Shown in pieces: positions 9,118 through 17,732 of a stretch of 64,000 nucleotides of DNA (positions are counted from its first letter, which is position 1; each line of letters opens with the position of its first letter). The notes beneath the pieces are model-generated. The model ran no database searches. It had not been told where the DNA came from and saw only the letters and a list, made by a program, of their open reading frames with translations. The translations under genes and the position numbers were made by a program. Source of the DNA: Vulcanimicrobiota bacterium (GTDB lineage Bacteria > Vulcanimicrobiota > Xenobia > Xenobiales > JADMJV01); assembly GCA_050250895.1 (NCBI GenBank), contig JBFWNU010000010.1, positions 1-64,000 of the forward strand, given 5' to 3'.

Positions 9118-9356
9118 GGATTGCCAAGACGTTCCTTCCAGGCACGGTTCATCTGCTCGAGTTCATCGTCTAGATCCAGGTCTACTGGCATCAGGCCAGC
9201 CCAGACTCCCTGGAGGGTGTCGAACGGCGGGGAAGGTGCCTTTTGTAGGGGTTGCACGACGACGACCACCTCCGCCGGTCCCGCTGGTAGGGCACAGGGG
9301 AACTCCAGACGGATCTTGCCTTCCGCAATCTGGGCTTTGAGCTTGACGGTTTCCAT
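9114..9356 (-). CDS. Putative antitoxin paired with the PIN toxin
   Basis: 80 aa, GAGG RBS, stop overlaps the PIN start, acidic C-terminus. Confidence 0.75.
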   Translation of the reverse strand: METVKLKAQIAEGKIRLEFPCALPAGPAEVVVVVQPLQKAPSPPFDTLQGVWAGLMPVDLDLDDELEQMNRAWKERLGNP

Positions 9357-9364
9357 TGCTTACC

Positions 9365-9490
9365 TCACGAGGATGCCATATGCTGGACGCGCCGCTTGAA
9401 AAGAAAGGCGTCCAGAAAAGCCTTGATGTGTTTGTCTTCCTGGGGTAACTTCTCGACCTCTTGAAACTGGTGGAGCAACTCAGGGTCCCC
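9365..9490 (-). pseudogene. C-terminal remnant of a second XRE regulator
   Basis: Reads GDPELLHQFQEVEKLPQEDKHIKAFLDAFLFKRRVQHMASS*, similar to the C-terminus of the XRE at 7345-7697. Confidence 0.7.
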
Positions 9491-10121
9491 GGACGAGAAT
9501 ATGGTGAGAATACGCTAAACCTCAGGGACCGAAAATCGATCGGCCGGTACACTAAGGGCACCTATGCCGTGCTCACAGCTGTAGGAATCGCTGTAGCCGC
9601 CGGTGCCGCCGGCTGGAATGCCTACGCGGCAGCGTTTTACGCCAACCCGATAGCCACTACCACCGGTACGGCCGTAGTGGGGGAGATCGTAGCCGGAAAT
9701 CCGGGAAACCCCGGGGCCGGAATGCTTGGTATTGAGGCCGCCACGGCACAGAAGGCTCTCACTGTTTGGAATCTAGCCCGCACGGCTCGCGGAGTAGCGA
9801 TCGAGTCGCAGCTTGCTAAGACGGAGTATTCCGCCTGGTACAATGTGGGCCAAGAAGCCAACGGTATGTTCCCCCTGGTGGACTTTCAGCTGGGCAAAGT
9901 TCTGGTAAGTCTGAAGACTATCTTTACAGGCGGCTCGACTTGGCTTGCCAGGATGCAGAGTCACATAAGGGCCCTAGCTAACAATGGCGCAACCGTCGAC
10001 GGTGCCCTAGCCAAGATGGTTCTTGTTGAGAGTCGAACCCGGCGGGGCCCAGGCAGCTGCATCGCTAACCAAATACGGCGCGGACCGAGGAGTAACTGTC
10101 ATTATTCGTGAATTTCCATAG
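9490..10121 (+). pseudogene. Polymorphic toxin tip, CdiA EC869-like PD-(D/E)xK nuclease, N-truncated and frameshifted
   Basis: RGVAIE...FPLVDF...LVSLKT. After a shift near 10025 it reads LRVEPGGAQAAASLTKYGADRGVTVIIREFP*, with the stop abutting the next gene. Confidence 0.65.
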
Positions 10122-10859
10122 GTGATGTCTAACGTAATTGAATTGATCTTCGGGATTGATTCGCTCGATGCTCTCGTCGCGGCGAGACAAAGCGTCGCTG
10201 CTCTCGGTATAGCGGACCAGAGAGTCGTCAGGTCTTCTTTGGAGGGGCTCAAGACGGAGGGTCCACCGCACTTTAGGATTGAGGCCGGTGCGTTCTCGAT
10301 CGACTTCTCAACCATCAAAGCTTACCAACAGCAGCTTCTTGTCATTCGTAAGGAGGAGCCTTGGAGCTTTGCTGATTGGGAGTCGGCTGTTGAGTATTTT
10401 CTTGGCTGCGACGGGTTCACGCAGGCATGTCTTGAGAGTGAGGAATATACTTTCTGGCAAAACGCCAGTGACCCGATTCAATACGAAGCCGCCGGTCGAA
10501 GCTGTGATGGGCTTCCACTAGTGTCCAATGGGCTGCCCAGCCCTTTGAACCAGCTGGTCGTTGATACTTCTAAAAATCCGGGACGAAGGGTTATCAAGGT
10601 CGGTTACGTCGAAATGGTAGGGCACGTAATGTGGCTCGGTCGCCCGTTCTGGGGCCTTGTCGGTGATCATCGGCGCGAGGAACTGCTCGCGAAGAGCGCT
10701 TATCAAGTGACCGAGCTGCGCAATGGCGTTGTTCGCGTTGTGGCATCTGAGAATCCATTCGTAGACGATACTACCAGCGAAATTCAGGACGAGTTTCGAA
10801 GGGTTCTTTTTGGTGTCGCGCCATTTTCTCGAACCGAGCGGAAAGCTCCATTCGCTTAG
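10122..10859 (+). CDS. Putative cognate immunity protein
   Basis: Intact 245-aa ORF starting immediately after the toxin stop. Confidence 0.65.
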   Translation: MMSNVIELIFGIDSLDALVAARQSVAALGIADQRVVRSSLEGLKTEGPPHFRIEAGAFSIDFSTIKAYQQQLLVIRKEEPWSFADWESAVEYFLGCDGFTQACLESEEYTFWQNASDPIQYEAAGRSCDGLPLVSNGLPSPLNQLVVDTSKNPGRRVIKVGYVEMVGHVMWLGRPFWGLVGDHRREELLAKSAYQVTELRNGVVRVVASENPFVDDTTSEIQDEFRRVLFGVAPFSRTERKAPFA

Positions 10860-10920
10860 CTGTCGCTGTCTCCTCGGAGCTTGCGTGGTTGCACGAAACG
10901 CCAAAAGCGCAAGACCTCCC

Positions 10921-11078
10921 AACGCGCCCCGGGGCGCCGTCGCGCCCTTCGACCGAAGGGCGCTCGACACCGCCGCGGGACGTGAACAAGGACGAGTGAC
11001 GGTGAAGGGGGTGGGCGTGGCTGAAAGGTGCTCGGGCGCAGTTCTCAGACCACGTCGAACCTGATAGAACTGCGCGCG
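10921..11078. repeat. Repeat R-b copy 2 (uninterrupted; empty IS110 target)
   Basis: Matches 4500-4645 + 6200-6210. Hairpins GCGCCCTTCG/CGAAGGGCGC and GCGCAGTTCT/AGAACTGCGC. Confidence 0.9.
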
Positions 11079-11251
11079 CAAGGAGTGCGCCCAGGGGCGA
11101 CGGCTCAGCGACCCCCTCCGCGAGAACAGGCCTAACCGTCGGGGGTCACTTCTCCGTCGCCGCACCTTCATTCTGCCAAGTTCCCGCCACTTCTGCAGCT
11201 ATTCAGGCGCCCTGGTCATGGGGCGCCCAGTCACCTTGTCGAACCAAACCC

Positions 11252-12982
11252 TCAGCGTTCGTCCGCCGGAAGTGGCACTCGGCGCAGCAGGTGCTCCTCC
11301 AGTCGGGCGGCGTCGTCCTCGAACGTGCCTCTCGTGGTGCGATAGCAGGCAGCCCTCCCGAGCAGCCTGCCCACCGTCATGAGCAGGGCTCCCCGACGCT
11401 CTCGGTCCATCGAAACGAGCACTCGCTTCACCGCCTGGGCAGGAGCGACTTTACGCGGGGCCCACCGGCCCCGAGGAGCGAGGCGGGTGATGTAGACGGC
11501 ATCGAAGGGGCCCGCAAAGGTGTGCTCAGCGACCATGAACGGCCCGCCCACTTCGGCCTGAAGAACCAGGGCCCTGGTCTCGCCGCTGTAGCTGACCACC
11601 CACTCGTGGTCGGACACCAACTGGGCTCCTCGCAGGCAACAGGCCGCGGCCAGGGCGGGGGCCCCCGAGTCGAAGTTGCCTGGCAAAAGAATTAGCCGGT
11701 CGTGCCAGCGGAGGACTGCCGCGGGAAGGAGCCAGTGCTGGCCCTCTCTCACGGCCTTGGCCATGTGCCCGAGCAAGGCGGTGCGGAAGTGGGCCTTGAC
11801 CATCCAGGGCGTGGACCGTTGTCCGTCGTCGATGCGAAACGCCTGTCCCTCTTGCAGCAACCGAAGATGGACATCTGGCTGTTGGAACTGGGCCAACCTG
11901 TGGGGCCTGGGCAACAGGCCGTGAAGTTCGCAGCTCAAAATGGGGCTTTCTACCGACAAACTCACCTTGATGCCAAGCAACTCGAAAGTGACCGTCTTGC
12001 CTGTGCCCGCCGAGGCTGGCACAGAGCGGTCGGGCTGCAGGCGTTCCCACTCACGGGCGGCCCAACCCGGGGCCGTGATGTGTCGCTTGAGCCGGGGCTC
12101 GGGGTCGAAGACAACCGGCAGTCGTGAGCCGAACCGGGCGAAGAACTCTCGGTCGCTGCGGCGTCGAACCGATTGAACCCGCCGCCTCCAGCCTGGCAGG
12201 TCGACCGACTCGAGGTGAGCGGCAAGTTCGGCTGAGGGTGAAGCGAAGAACTGGCCAAACGCCTCGATGGTCTTGTCCTCAAAGACTGTCTGGATGAGGA
12301 TTTCCGAGTTGGCCTGGCGACAGTTCCAGTTGGCCACCCAGGTCGGCTGTCGCCCCGATTTCTGATGCAAGACTCGCGCCCTGGTCGCACAAAGCACGCG
12401 AAAGCCCGACAGCCAGGCCCGAATGGACAGGTCGTGCTCTTCGAGCCCCCAGCCCCAAAAGCAGGGCCCGAAGCCTCCCAGGTGGTCATACCCTTTTCTA
12501 GTGATGGCGTAGCAAGCGCCCACCACGCAGGCCACCTCGACACATCGGTCGATCCTTTTGCGTCGCCGGTATTTAAAGGCGAAGCCCTGGCGCGTCCAGT
12601 TGAGGGTGGCTCCGAAGACTCGACGGCTCTTCCCTCCGCAGTATTCGCTACAGACCAGACTCTGATCGTCGAGGTGCAGCAGCATCTCTTCCAACCAGCC
12701 GGGCTCGAAGGTCATGTGCGAGTCGGTGCTGATCAGCACCTCTCCGGTGGCCACGGCGCAGCCGGCCCGGCGGGCCGCGCTGGTGCCCAGCGCTGGCTGG
12801 TTGCGCAGCACCACTACTTCGGGGTGATCGTAAACGATGGGCTGCAGGCTAGCGTCGTCGACGATGACGATTTCACGCCATCCGCCGGTGGTGGCGCGCA
12901 AAGTATCGACCGTTCTGGCCAGGTAGTCTTCTGGCTCGTCACGGGCGATGATGACATAGCTGATGCGAGGACCGGACCTCAT
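11252..12982 (-). CDS. GT2 glycosyltransferase fused to a degenerate HPr-kinase-like domain
   Basis: ISYVIIARDE, IVIVDDAS, STDSH, GACYAI, WGLEEHDLSIRAW; C-terminal LLPAAVL...LLPGNFDSGAPALAA...LVSD. Confidence 0.75.
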   Translation of the reverse strand: MRSGPRISYVIIARDEPEDYLARTVDTLRATTGGWREIVIVDDASLQPIVYDHPEVVVLRNQPALGTSAARRAGCAVATGEVLISTDSHMTFEPGWLEEMLLHLDDQSLVCSEYCGGKSRRVFGATLNWTRQGFAFKYRRRKRIDRCVEVACVVGACYAITRKGYDHLGGFGPCFWGWGLEEHDLSIRAWLSGFRVLCATRARVLHQKSGRQPTWVANWNCRQANSEILIQTVFEDKTIEAFGQFFASPSAELAAHLESVDLPGWRRRVQSVRRRSDREFFARFGSRLPVVFDPEPRLKRHITAPGWAAREWERLQPDRSVPASAGTGKTVTFELLGIKVSLSVESPILSCELHGLLPRPHRLAQFQQPDVHLRLLQEGQAFRIDDGQRSTPWMVKAHFRTALLGHMAKAVREGQHWLLPAAVLRWHDRLILLPGNFDSGAPALAAACCLRGAQLVSDHEWVVSYSGETRALVLQAEVGGPFMVAEHTFAGPFDAVYITRLAPRGRWAPRKVAPAQAVKRVLVSMDRERRGALLMTVGRLLGRAACYRTTRGTFEDDAARLEEHLLRRVPLPADER

Positions 12983-13019
12983 CGTGAGTCCGGCTTTCTC
13001 GGTTGGGGCCAGAATTCCG

Positions 13020-14027
13020 CTAGAGCGAGGGGTGGCCGGCGGCGGCATAAGCGGGGCCGACCGCCTTGAGGGTCAGATGCGTCTCGGCCAGGCGCCAACC
13101 GAACTCGGTGTAGACCACCAGATAGTAACCGTCGTATTCGCGCAGGCGGCCGCGGTGGGTGGCGCGCACGTTGACCCGGGCCCAGGCCTGTCCGGGGCGA
13201 TCTCCGCGCTCGACGCCCACCAGCCGATAACGCAGGCGCCCCAGACTATAGAAACCGCTTTCGAACTGGCGTAGAGTCAACTCCTTCTGCCAGGATGGTG
13301 TCAAGGTGGCATAGGCGCGGGCAAAGTTGCCGTCTTGCAGATGGCGATGATAAGCCAGCACCACCGAGGCGGCCTGCGCCACATCGGGACCGGAAGGCCT
13401 GACCAGAGTGGGCGCCTTGGGGCGGGCCGCATATCCGTAGAGCTGAAAAAGCGACAGCAAGCTGACCAGCAATAGGGCCACGCGCCAGGTCACACCCCAG
13501 GTCAGGCTGGCCGCCCGGCGCGAGGTCTCGGTGAGGCGCTTCTTGCCCTGGCGACCGCCTTCGGCCAGCCAAATGCCGAAGCTCTGGAAGAAGAGCAGCG
13601 TCTTGAGGCCGGTCTCGCGCCAGTCGCGCTCGGCCACGGCAACCCTGACGGGGATCGCTGGCTCGGGCTCCGGGGCGACCTCGCGGGCGGCTACGGCCGG
13701 CTGGCGTTTGGGTATCGAACGCCCTCGGCGACGAATCGGAACGGGCTCGGGTTCCGGCTCGGGCTCGTCGAACTCATCGAGGAAGGGCTCTTCCTCTTCA
13801 TACTGAGGCTCTTCGTAGGGAGCCTCCTCTTCTTCGACATAGGGCTCTTCGTCTTCCACCGGCGGCGGCGGGGGAGGAGGGGGGGGAGCTGCCTCGGCCT
13901 CGACTTCGGCCCCTTCCTCGAGCTCAGGACAGCCCGACACGAAGCGATGGCGCTTCAGGCTGATCTTGTGCGAGAAAGTCCGCCCGCAACTACAGAGAAA
14001 TTTTTTCTTCTTGCCTGAGTCCGCCAT
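13020..14027 (-). CDS. Membrane protein with N-terminal C2H2-like zinc finger and acidic/Pro-rich linker
   Basis: FLCSCGRTFSHKISLKRH, E/P-rich region, one TM, C-terminal NTF2-like segment. Confidence 0.7.
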   Translation of the reverse strand: MADSGKKKKFLCSCGRTFSHKISLKRHRFVSGCPELEEGAEVEAEAAPPPPPPPPPVEDEEPYVEEEEAPYEEPQYEEEEPFLDEFDEPEPEPEPVPIRRRGRSIPKRQPAVAAREVAPEPEPAIPVRVAVAERDWRETGLKTLLFFQSFGIWLAEGGRQGKKRLTETSRRAASLTWGVTWRVALLLVSLLSLFQLYGYAARPKAPTLVRPSGPDVAQAASVVLAYHRHLQDGNFARAYATLTPSWQKELTLRQFESGFYSLGRLRYRLVGVERGDRPGQAWARVNVRATHRGRLREYDGYYLVVYTEFGWRLAETHLTLKAVGPAYAAAGHPSL

Positions 14028-14103
14028 CTCGTTCTCAGTGTAGTATTTCTGGCGGTAAGCTGTCTCTGGCGATTATGAACTCGATGTTGCCAATGTTAAC
14101 GGG

Positions 14104-16377
14104 TTATTGACGTTTGTCGTCACCTTCTTGCATTTTCAGCAGCTGCTGAAAAGCTGGACTCTGGGCTCGCAGGGTCTGCAGCCGCTCGGGTCCGACGGCC
14201 TGCAAAGTGGCGTAACCTCGCGATTCGCCCGCGTCGATCCGGCGACGAACGTCGTAGCGCAGGTCGGCGTCGGCCGCGACCGTGTCCTGGATGGTGGCCC
14301 CGATCTGGCGCTCGTAGTTGTCGATGCCCCCCAAGAACCTGCGCAGCGTGCGCGAGCGATACTTTTCGATGGAGAGATCGCGACCCGGTCCTTCGGGCAT
14401 GTCGGCGAATCGTTGCTCGGCCAGAGCCCGGGTGTTGATGCCCAGGGACTCTTGATGGTAAAGGCGGTCGAAGTCGGAAACCACTTCTTGCTGCTTGACC
14501 TGGCTCTCGGGCGAATCGTTGAAAAACATTACGTCCGAGAGTTCCCAGTTTTCGCGCAGGCCCTTGTGGCTGAAATTGGTGCTGCCGGCCAGCATCATCT
14601 TGTCGGTGATCATCAGCTTGGCATGCACCTTGCGATCGTGGTCGAGATCGGTACGATCGAGCACCGCCCATTTGACCGGAATGCCCCGGTCCTCAAGCAT
14701 TTGAAAACCCTTCTCGTTGGGCGTGCCGCCATAGCCATAGACGCCAGGGTCGAGCACCACCTGCACGTCGAACGGCTTGCCCTGGGCGTCCATGCGCTCT
14801 TTCTTCTCGGCCAGCAAGCGAGCCAGATCCTCGTTGAGCACGAAGGCCGACACCTTGATCGACTTCTCGGCCGAATCGATGGCGTGCAGCAGCAGGGCTT
14901 GACGCTCGACCGGGCTGTCGCCCACGGCCACCGTGTCGGCTCCGTTGGCCCGTTCTGAGGGCAGGTCGTTGCGCAGTAAGCGTTGTTGATTCTCGGGGCG
15001 GTTCATGCCCGCCACCTGCTTCTCGATGGTGCTGGCCAGCACTTCGCGCCCTTCGGCAGTCAACTTCACGGCCCCGTGCCCATCTTTGAGATAGCTGGCC
15101 AGATCGGTGCCTTCCGGCAGCTCGACCCAGCGCTCGGGACGAAGACCGGCATAGGTGGCTCCGTCGAGAGCCCGGTCCACCGACTCCTCGCGGCTGGCCC
15201 GGGGCTTTGGCGGCTGGGGCGCCTGGGCCTCGATCAGACCGCGCAATCCGTAGGAGTGCAGGGTGATGTCTCGCTCATCGTTGCGAATCAGGTCGACCTG
15301 GTCGCCATAGATGCCCTCGACCCCGCGCCCAACCGAGCGATGCAGGTCATCTTGAAAGACTTTATTGAGTTCGCGCGAGGCCGGACCTTCGATGGTCATG
15401 CCGAAATCGACGTTTTCGCCCGAGCCGGGATTGGCGTTCATCCCCCCAAAGACGGTGGTGTCGTCGACCCGCAACTGCTTGCGGTGCATAATCTCGGCTC
15501 GTCCGCCCAGATTCTCGCGATTGGCGAAGAAAACCACCCCGGCCTTGCCGCCCGAGCCCGCTTCGAGCTGCGAGATGGTGCCCAGACGGGTACCGATCGA
15601 AGTGGCGTCGAGGGCGCCGCCTTCCAACTGCAGATGACCGGGGTCCATCAACACCCGCACGTTGGCTCCACCCTTGGCGGCACGGCTCAATTTGTCGAGC
15701 ATGGGTGGGCTGGCCAACTCGTAATACTCGGCGTCGACCGAGCGGGGCTGTCCGTCGCGGGTGGGATTGGTGGCGACGTCTTCGAGCAACTCCATCTTGC
15801 GAGCCCAAATCTCGTGACGGGTGAGGGGGTCCACGGTGTTGCCGCGCGTGATCATGGGCGAGTCGCCCCGGGCCAGAGCCTGGCCGCTCTTGACCACCTC
15901 TTTCATCTCTTCGATGGGGGTCTGGCCGTTGACGAAAAAGGAGTGATACGTCTCGGATGGAGTCTCGCCCACCCCCGCGACGATCTGATCCCAGTGCTCG
16001 TTGCGGCGATGGATCTCCATCCGCTTGACGGCCGCGTCGACATCGCGAAACTGGCTGAAGAGTTCGGCTCGCTCATCCAGCGGGTCGTGATAGGCGGCCT
16101 TGAGATCGCCTTTGAGTTCGGTGCGCCGCTGGCGCAGCTCTTTCATGGTGGCCAGCGAGCCGCGGGTCGAGCCCAGTTGGAACTCGGGCGGCTCGGCGGC
16201 CGGCTCGGGCTCGGGAGCGGCCTCTGTCACCTTGGGCCGGCCGGTGGGGGCGGCCGGACCGGACCCCGTCTCGAAGGTGTCGTTGGGCAGGGGAGCTTCG
16301 GCGGTAGACGACTTGGACTTGCCGGCCGGTCGGTTCAGAAGCTGGCTGCGCCAGACGATATCGCCTAAGGGATCCAC
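14104..16377 (-). CDS. Phospholipase D-superfamily protein (two HKD motifs)
   Basis: MHRKQLRVDD..GGMN and VHAKLMITDK..GSTN; start at GTG 16377 inferred. Confidence 0.88.
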   Translation of the reverse strand: MDPLGDIVWRSQLLNRPAGKSKSSTAEAPLPNDTFETGSGPAAPTGRPKVTEAAPEPEPAAEPPEFQLGSTRGSLATMKELRQRRTELKGDLKAAYHDPLDERAELFSQFRDVDAAVKRMEIHRRNEHWDQIVAGVGETPSETYHSFFVNGQTPIEEMKEVVKSGQALARGDSPMITRGNTVDPLTRHEIWARKMELLEDVATNPTRDGQPRSVDAEYYELASPPMLDKLSRAAKGGANVRVLMDPGHLQLEGGALDATSIGTRLGTISQLEAGSGGKAGVVFFANRENLGGRAEIMHRKQLRVDDTTVFGGMNANPGSGENVDFGMTIEGPASRELNKVFQDDLHRSVGRGVEGIYGDQVDLIRNDERDITLHSYGLRGLIEAQAPQPPKPRASREESVDRALDGATYAGLRPERWVELPEGTDLASYLKDGHGAVKLTAEGREVLASTIEKQVAGMNRPENQQRLLRNDLPSERANGADTVAVGDSPVERQALLLHAIDSAEKSIKVSAFVLNEDLARLLAEKKERMDAQGKPFDVQVVLDPGVYGYGGTPNEKGFQMLEDRGIPVKWAVLDRTDLDHDRKVHAKLMITDKMMLAGSTNFSHKGLRENWELSDVMFFNDSPESQVKQQEVVSDFDRLYHQESLGINTRALAEQRFADMPEGPGRDLSIEKYRSRTLRRFLGGIDNYERQIGATIQDTVAADADLRYDVRRRIDAGESRGYATLQAVGPERLQTLRAQSPAFQQLLKMQEGDDKRQ

Positions 16378-16408
16378 TCTTGCTCTATCACTCCTTCCCA
16401 CGCATTGG

Positions 16409-17698
16409 TCAAGCACGCAGCCGTTTTTGTTTGCGGGCGTGGGCCGCCTGCAGCACCTGCAAGACCTCGTCACGGGCCATCTGGTCCGAGTGGTCATCTC
16501 GCTCGTAGCCGAGGATCCAGCCCGAAAGCAGGGCTACGGCGGGGGGCCAGAACCAGAAGCCTCCGGTGAGGATGAGGGCCAGTTTGGGACCGGCCCAGGC
16601 AAAGGCCGACAGGCAGCCCATCAGGGTGGCCCACGACAACCCGGTCGAGACGGGATGCATGGGTGCGTTGCCGCTGGTGGGTTGGCGCTCGGAGGCCAGC
16701 GCGTTGACGGCATCGATGGTCTGCTCGAGGGGATGCAGGGTGAGTTTGTCCAGCCAGCCCACCAGCTGCTCGTAATCCTGATCCTGGCGGATCTGCAGGC
16801 CGGTCAGATCGGTCTCGAGTTCATCTGCCTCGACCACTGCCAGCATGCCCGGCGTGTCGAGCTCGACCCGCTGTGAATCGACCACCACTCCCGACTTAAC
16901 CATGAAAAGGCAGGCCATGGGATCGAAGTCGACCCCGAACAGCAGCCAGCTCAGCCGCTCCCCCTGCACTCGGTTGGAGATGAGCGCTGTCTCGGGAGTC
17001 TCGGGGATGGCGAAAGCGGGCTCTGGCGTCTCGAGGCGAAACTCCGAGAGGATGCGATTATCGCGAAAATAGATGCCTCGGTGGCGGCCGAGCGAAGGCG
17101 GCGGACCGGCCTTCTCGCTCAGACTCTCGCCGTTGATTTGAATCGGTAGCGGCGCGTAGGCGCAGCGCGTGAGCAGGGCCCGCTCGAAGCGTTCGAGATC
17201 CAGCCCCGAAGGCTCGTCAAGGCTCACCACCAGGCAGGCTCCCAGGCCCGCTCGCGAATCCCGTTCGGCCGCCAGTAGCTCCCACTCTTCACCCAGGCAG
17301 ACCCATTCACCCCGCCGCTCGCCGGCCTCGAAACGGCTGGCCGTCAGACTGCGCGGCTTGAGCGCCAGAGCGGCGTTGAGGCCGATGGTGAGACACCCGC
17401 AAGCATCGTGGAACGTGTTATCGAGAATCGAGCAAAAACGCTGGCCCACCGCCTCGAGGCCGAACCCCTCCCAGCCGTGGAACAAGAAGCGAACCTGGTC
17501 CTTGCGGTAGGTAATACTGAGGTGCTGGGCAGCCAGGACCGCCGCTTGCACGAACTTGAGCACGAACAACTCGGGCTCGCCCAGCTGAAACCGGGCCAGC
17601 TTCTCGCGAGCGCGAGCGAAATCGATGGTAAAGCTTCCGGTGGACTCAGTCTTACCGACCGTTCGCAAACCCTCGAGGAGTTGATCGAGACTATCCAC
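16409..17698 (-). CDS. Hypothetical membrane-anchored protein, paralog of 60714..62051
   Basis: Shared STGxFT..REKL..LK.VQ, RCxYxPxPI and LxTDL motifs; two C-terminal TMs. Confidence 0.7.
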   Translation of the reverse strand: MDSLDQLLEGLRTVGKTESTGSFTIDFARAREKLARFQLGEPELFVLKFVQAAVLAAQHLSITYRKDQVRFLFHGWEGFGLEAVGQRFCSILDNTFHDACGCLTIGLNAALALKPRSLTASRFEAGERRGEWVCLGEEWELLAAERDSRAGLGACLVVSLDEPSGLDLERFERALLTRCAYAPLPIQINGESLSEKAGPPPSLGRHRGIYFRDNRILSEFRLETPEPAFAIPETPETALISNRVQGERLSWLLFGVDFDPMACLFMVKSGVVVDSQRVELDTPGMLAVVEADELETDLTGLQIRQDQDYEQLVGWLDKLTLHPLEQTIDAVNALASERQPTSGNAPMHPVSTGLSWATLMGCLSAFAWAGPKLALILTGGFWFWPPAVALLSGWILGYERDDHSDQMARDEVLQVLQAAHARKQKRLRA

Positions 17699-17732
17699 TC
17701 TAGAGGTTTATCCTCGGTTCAACCGTTCCCCT

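Noticed and set aside
10921-11078. Integron attC site
   Set aside because: Lacks the RYYYAAC...GTTRRRY arrangement and no integron integrase is present.
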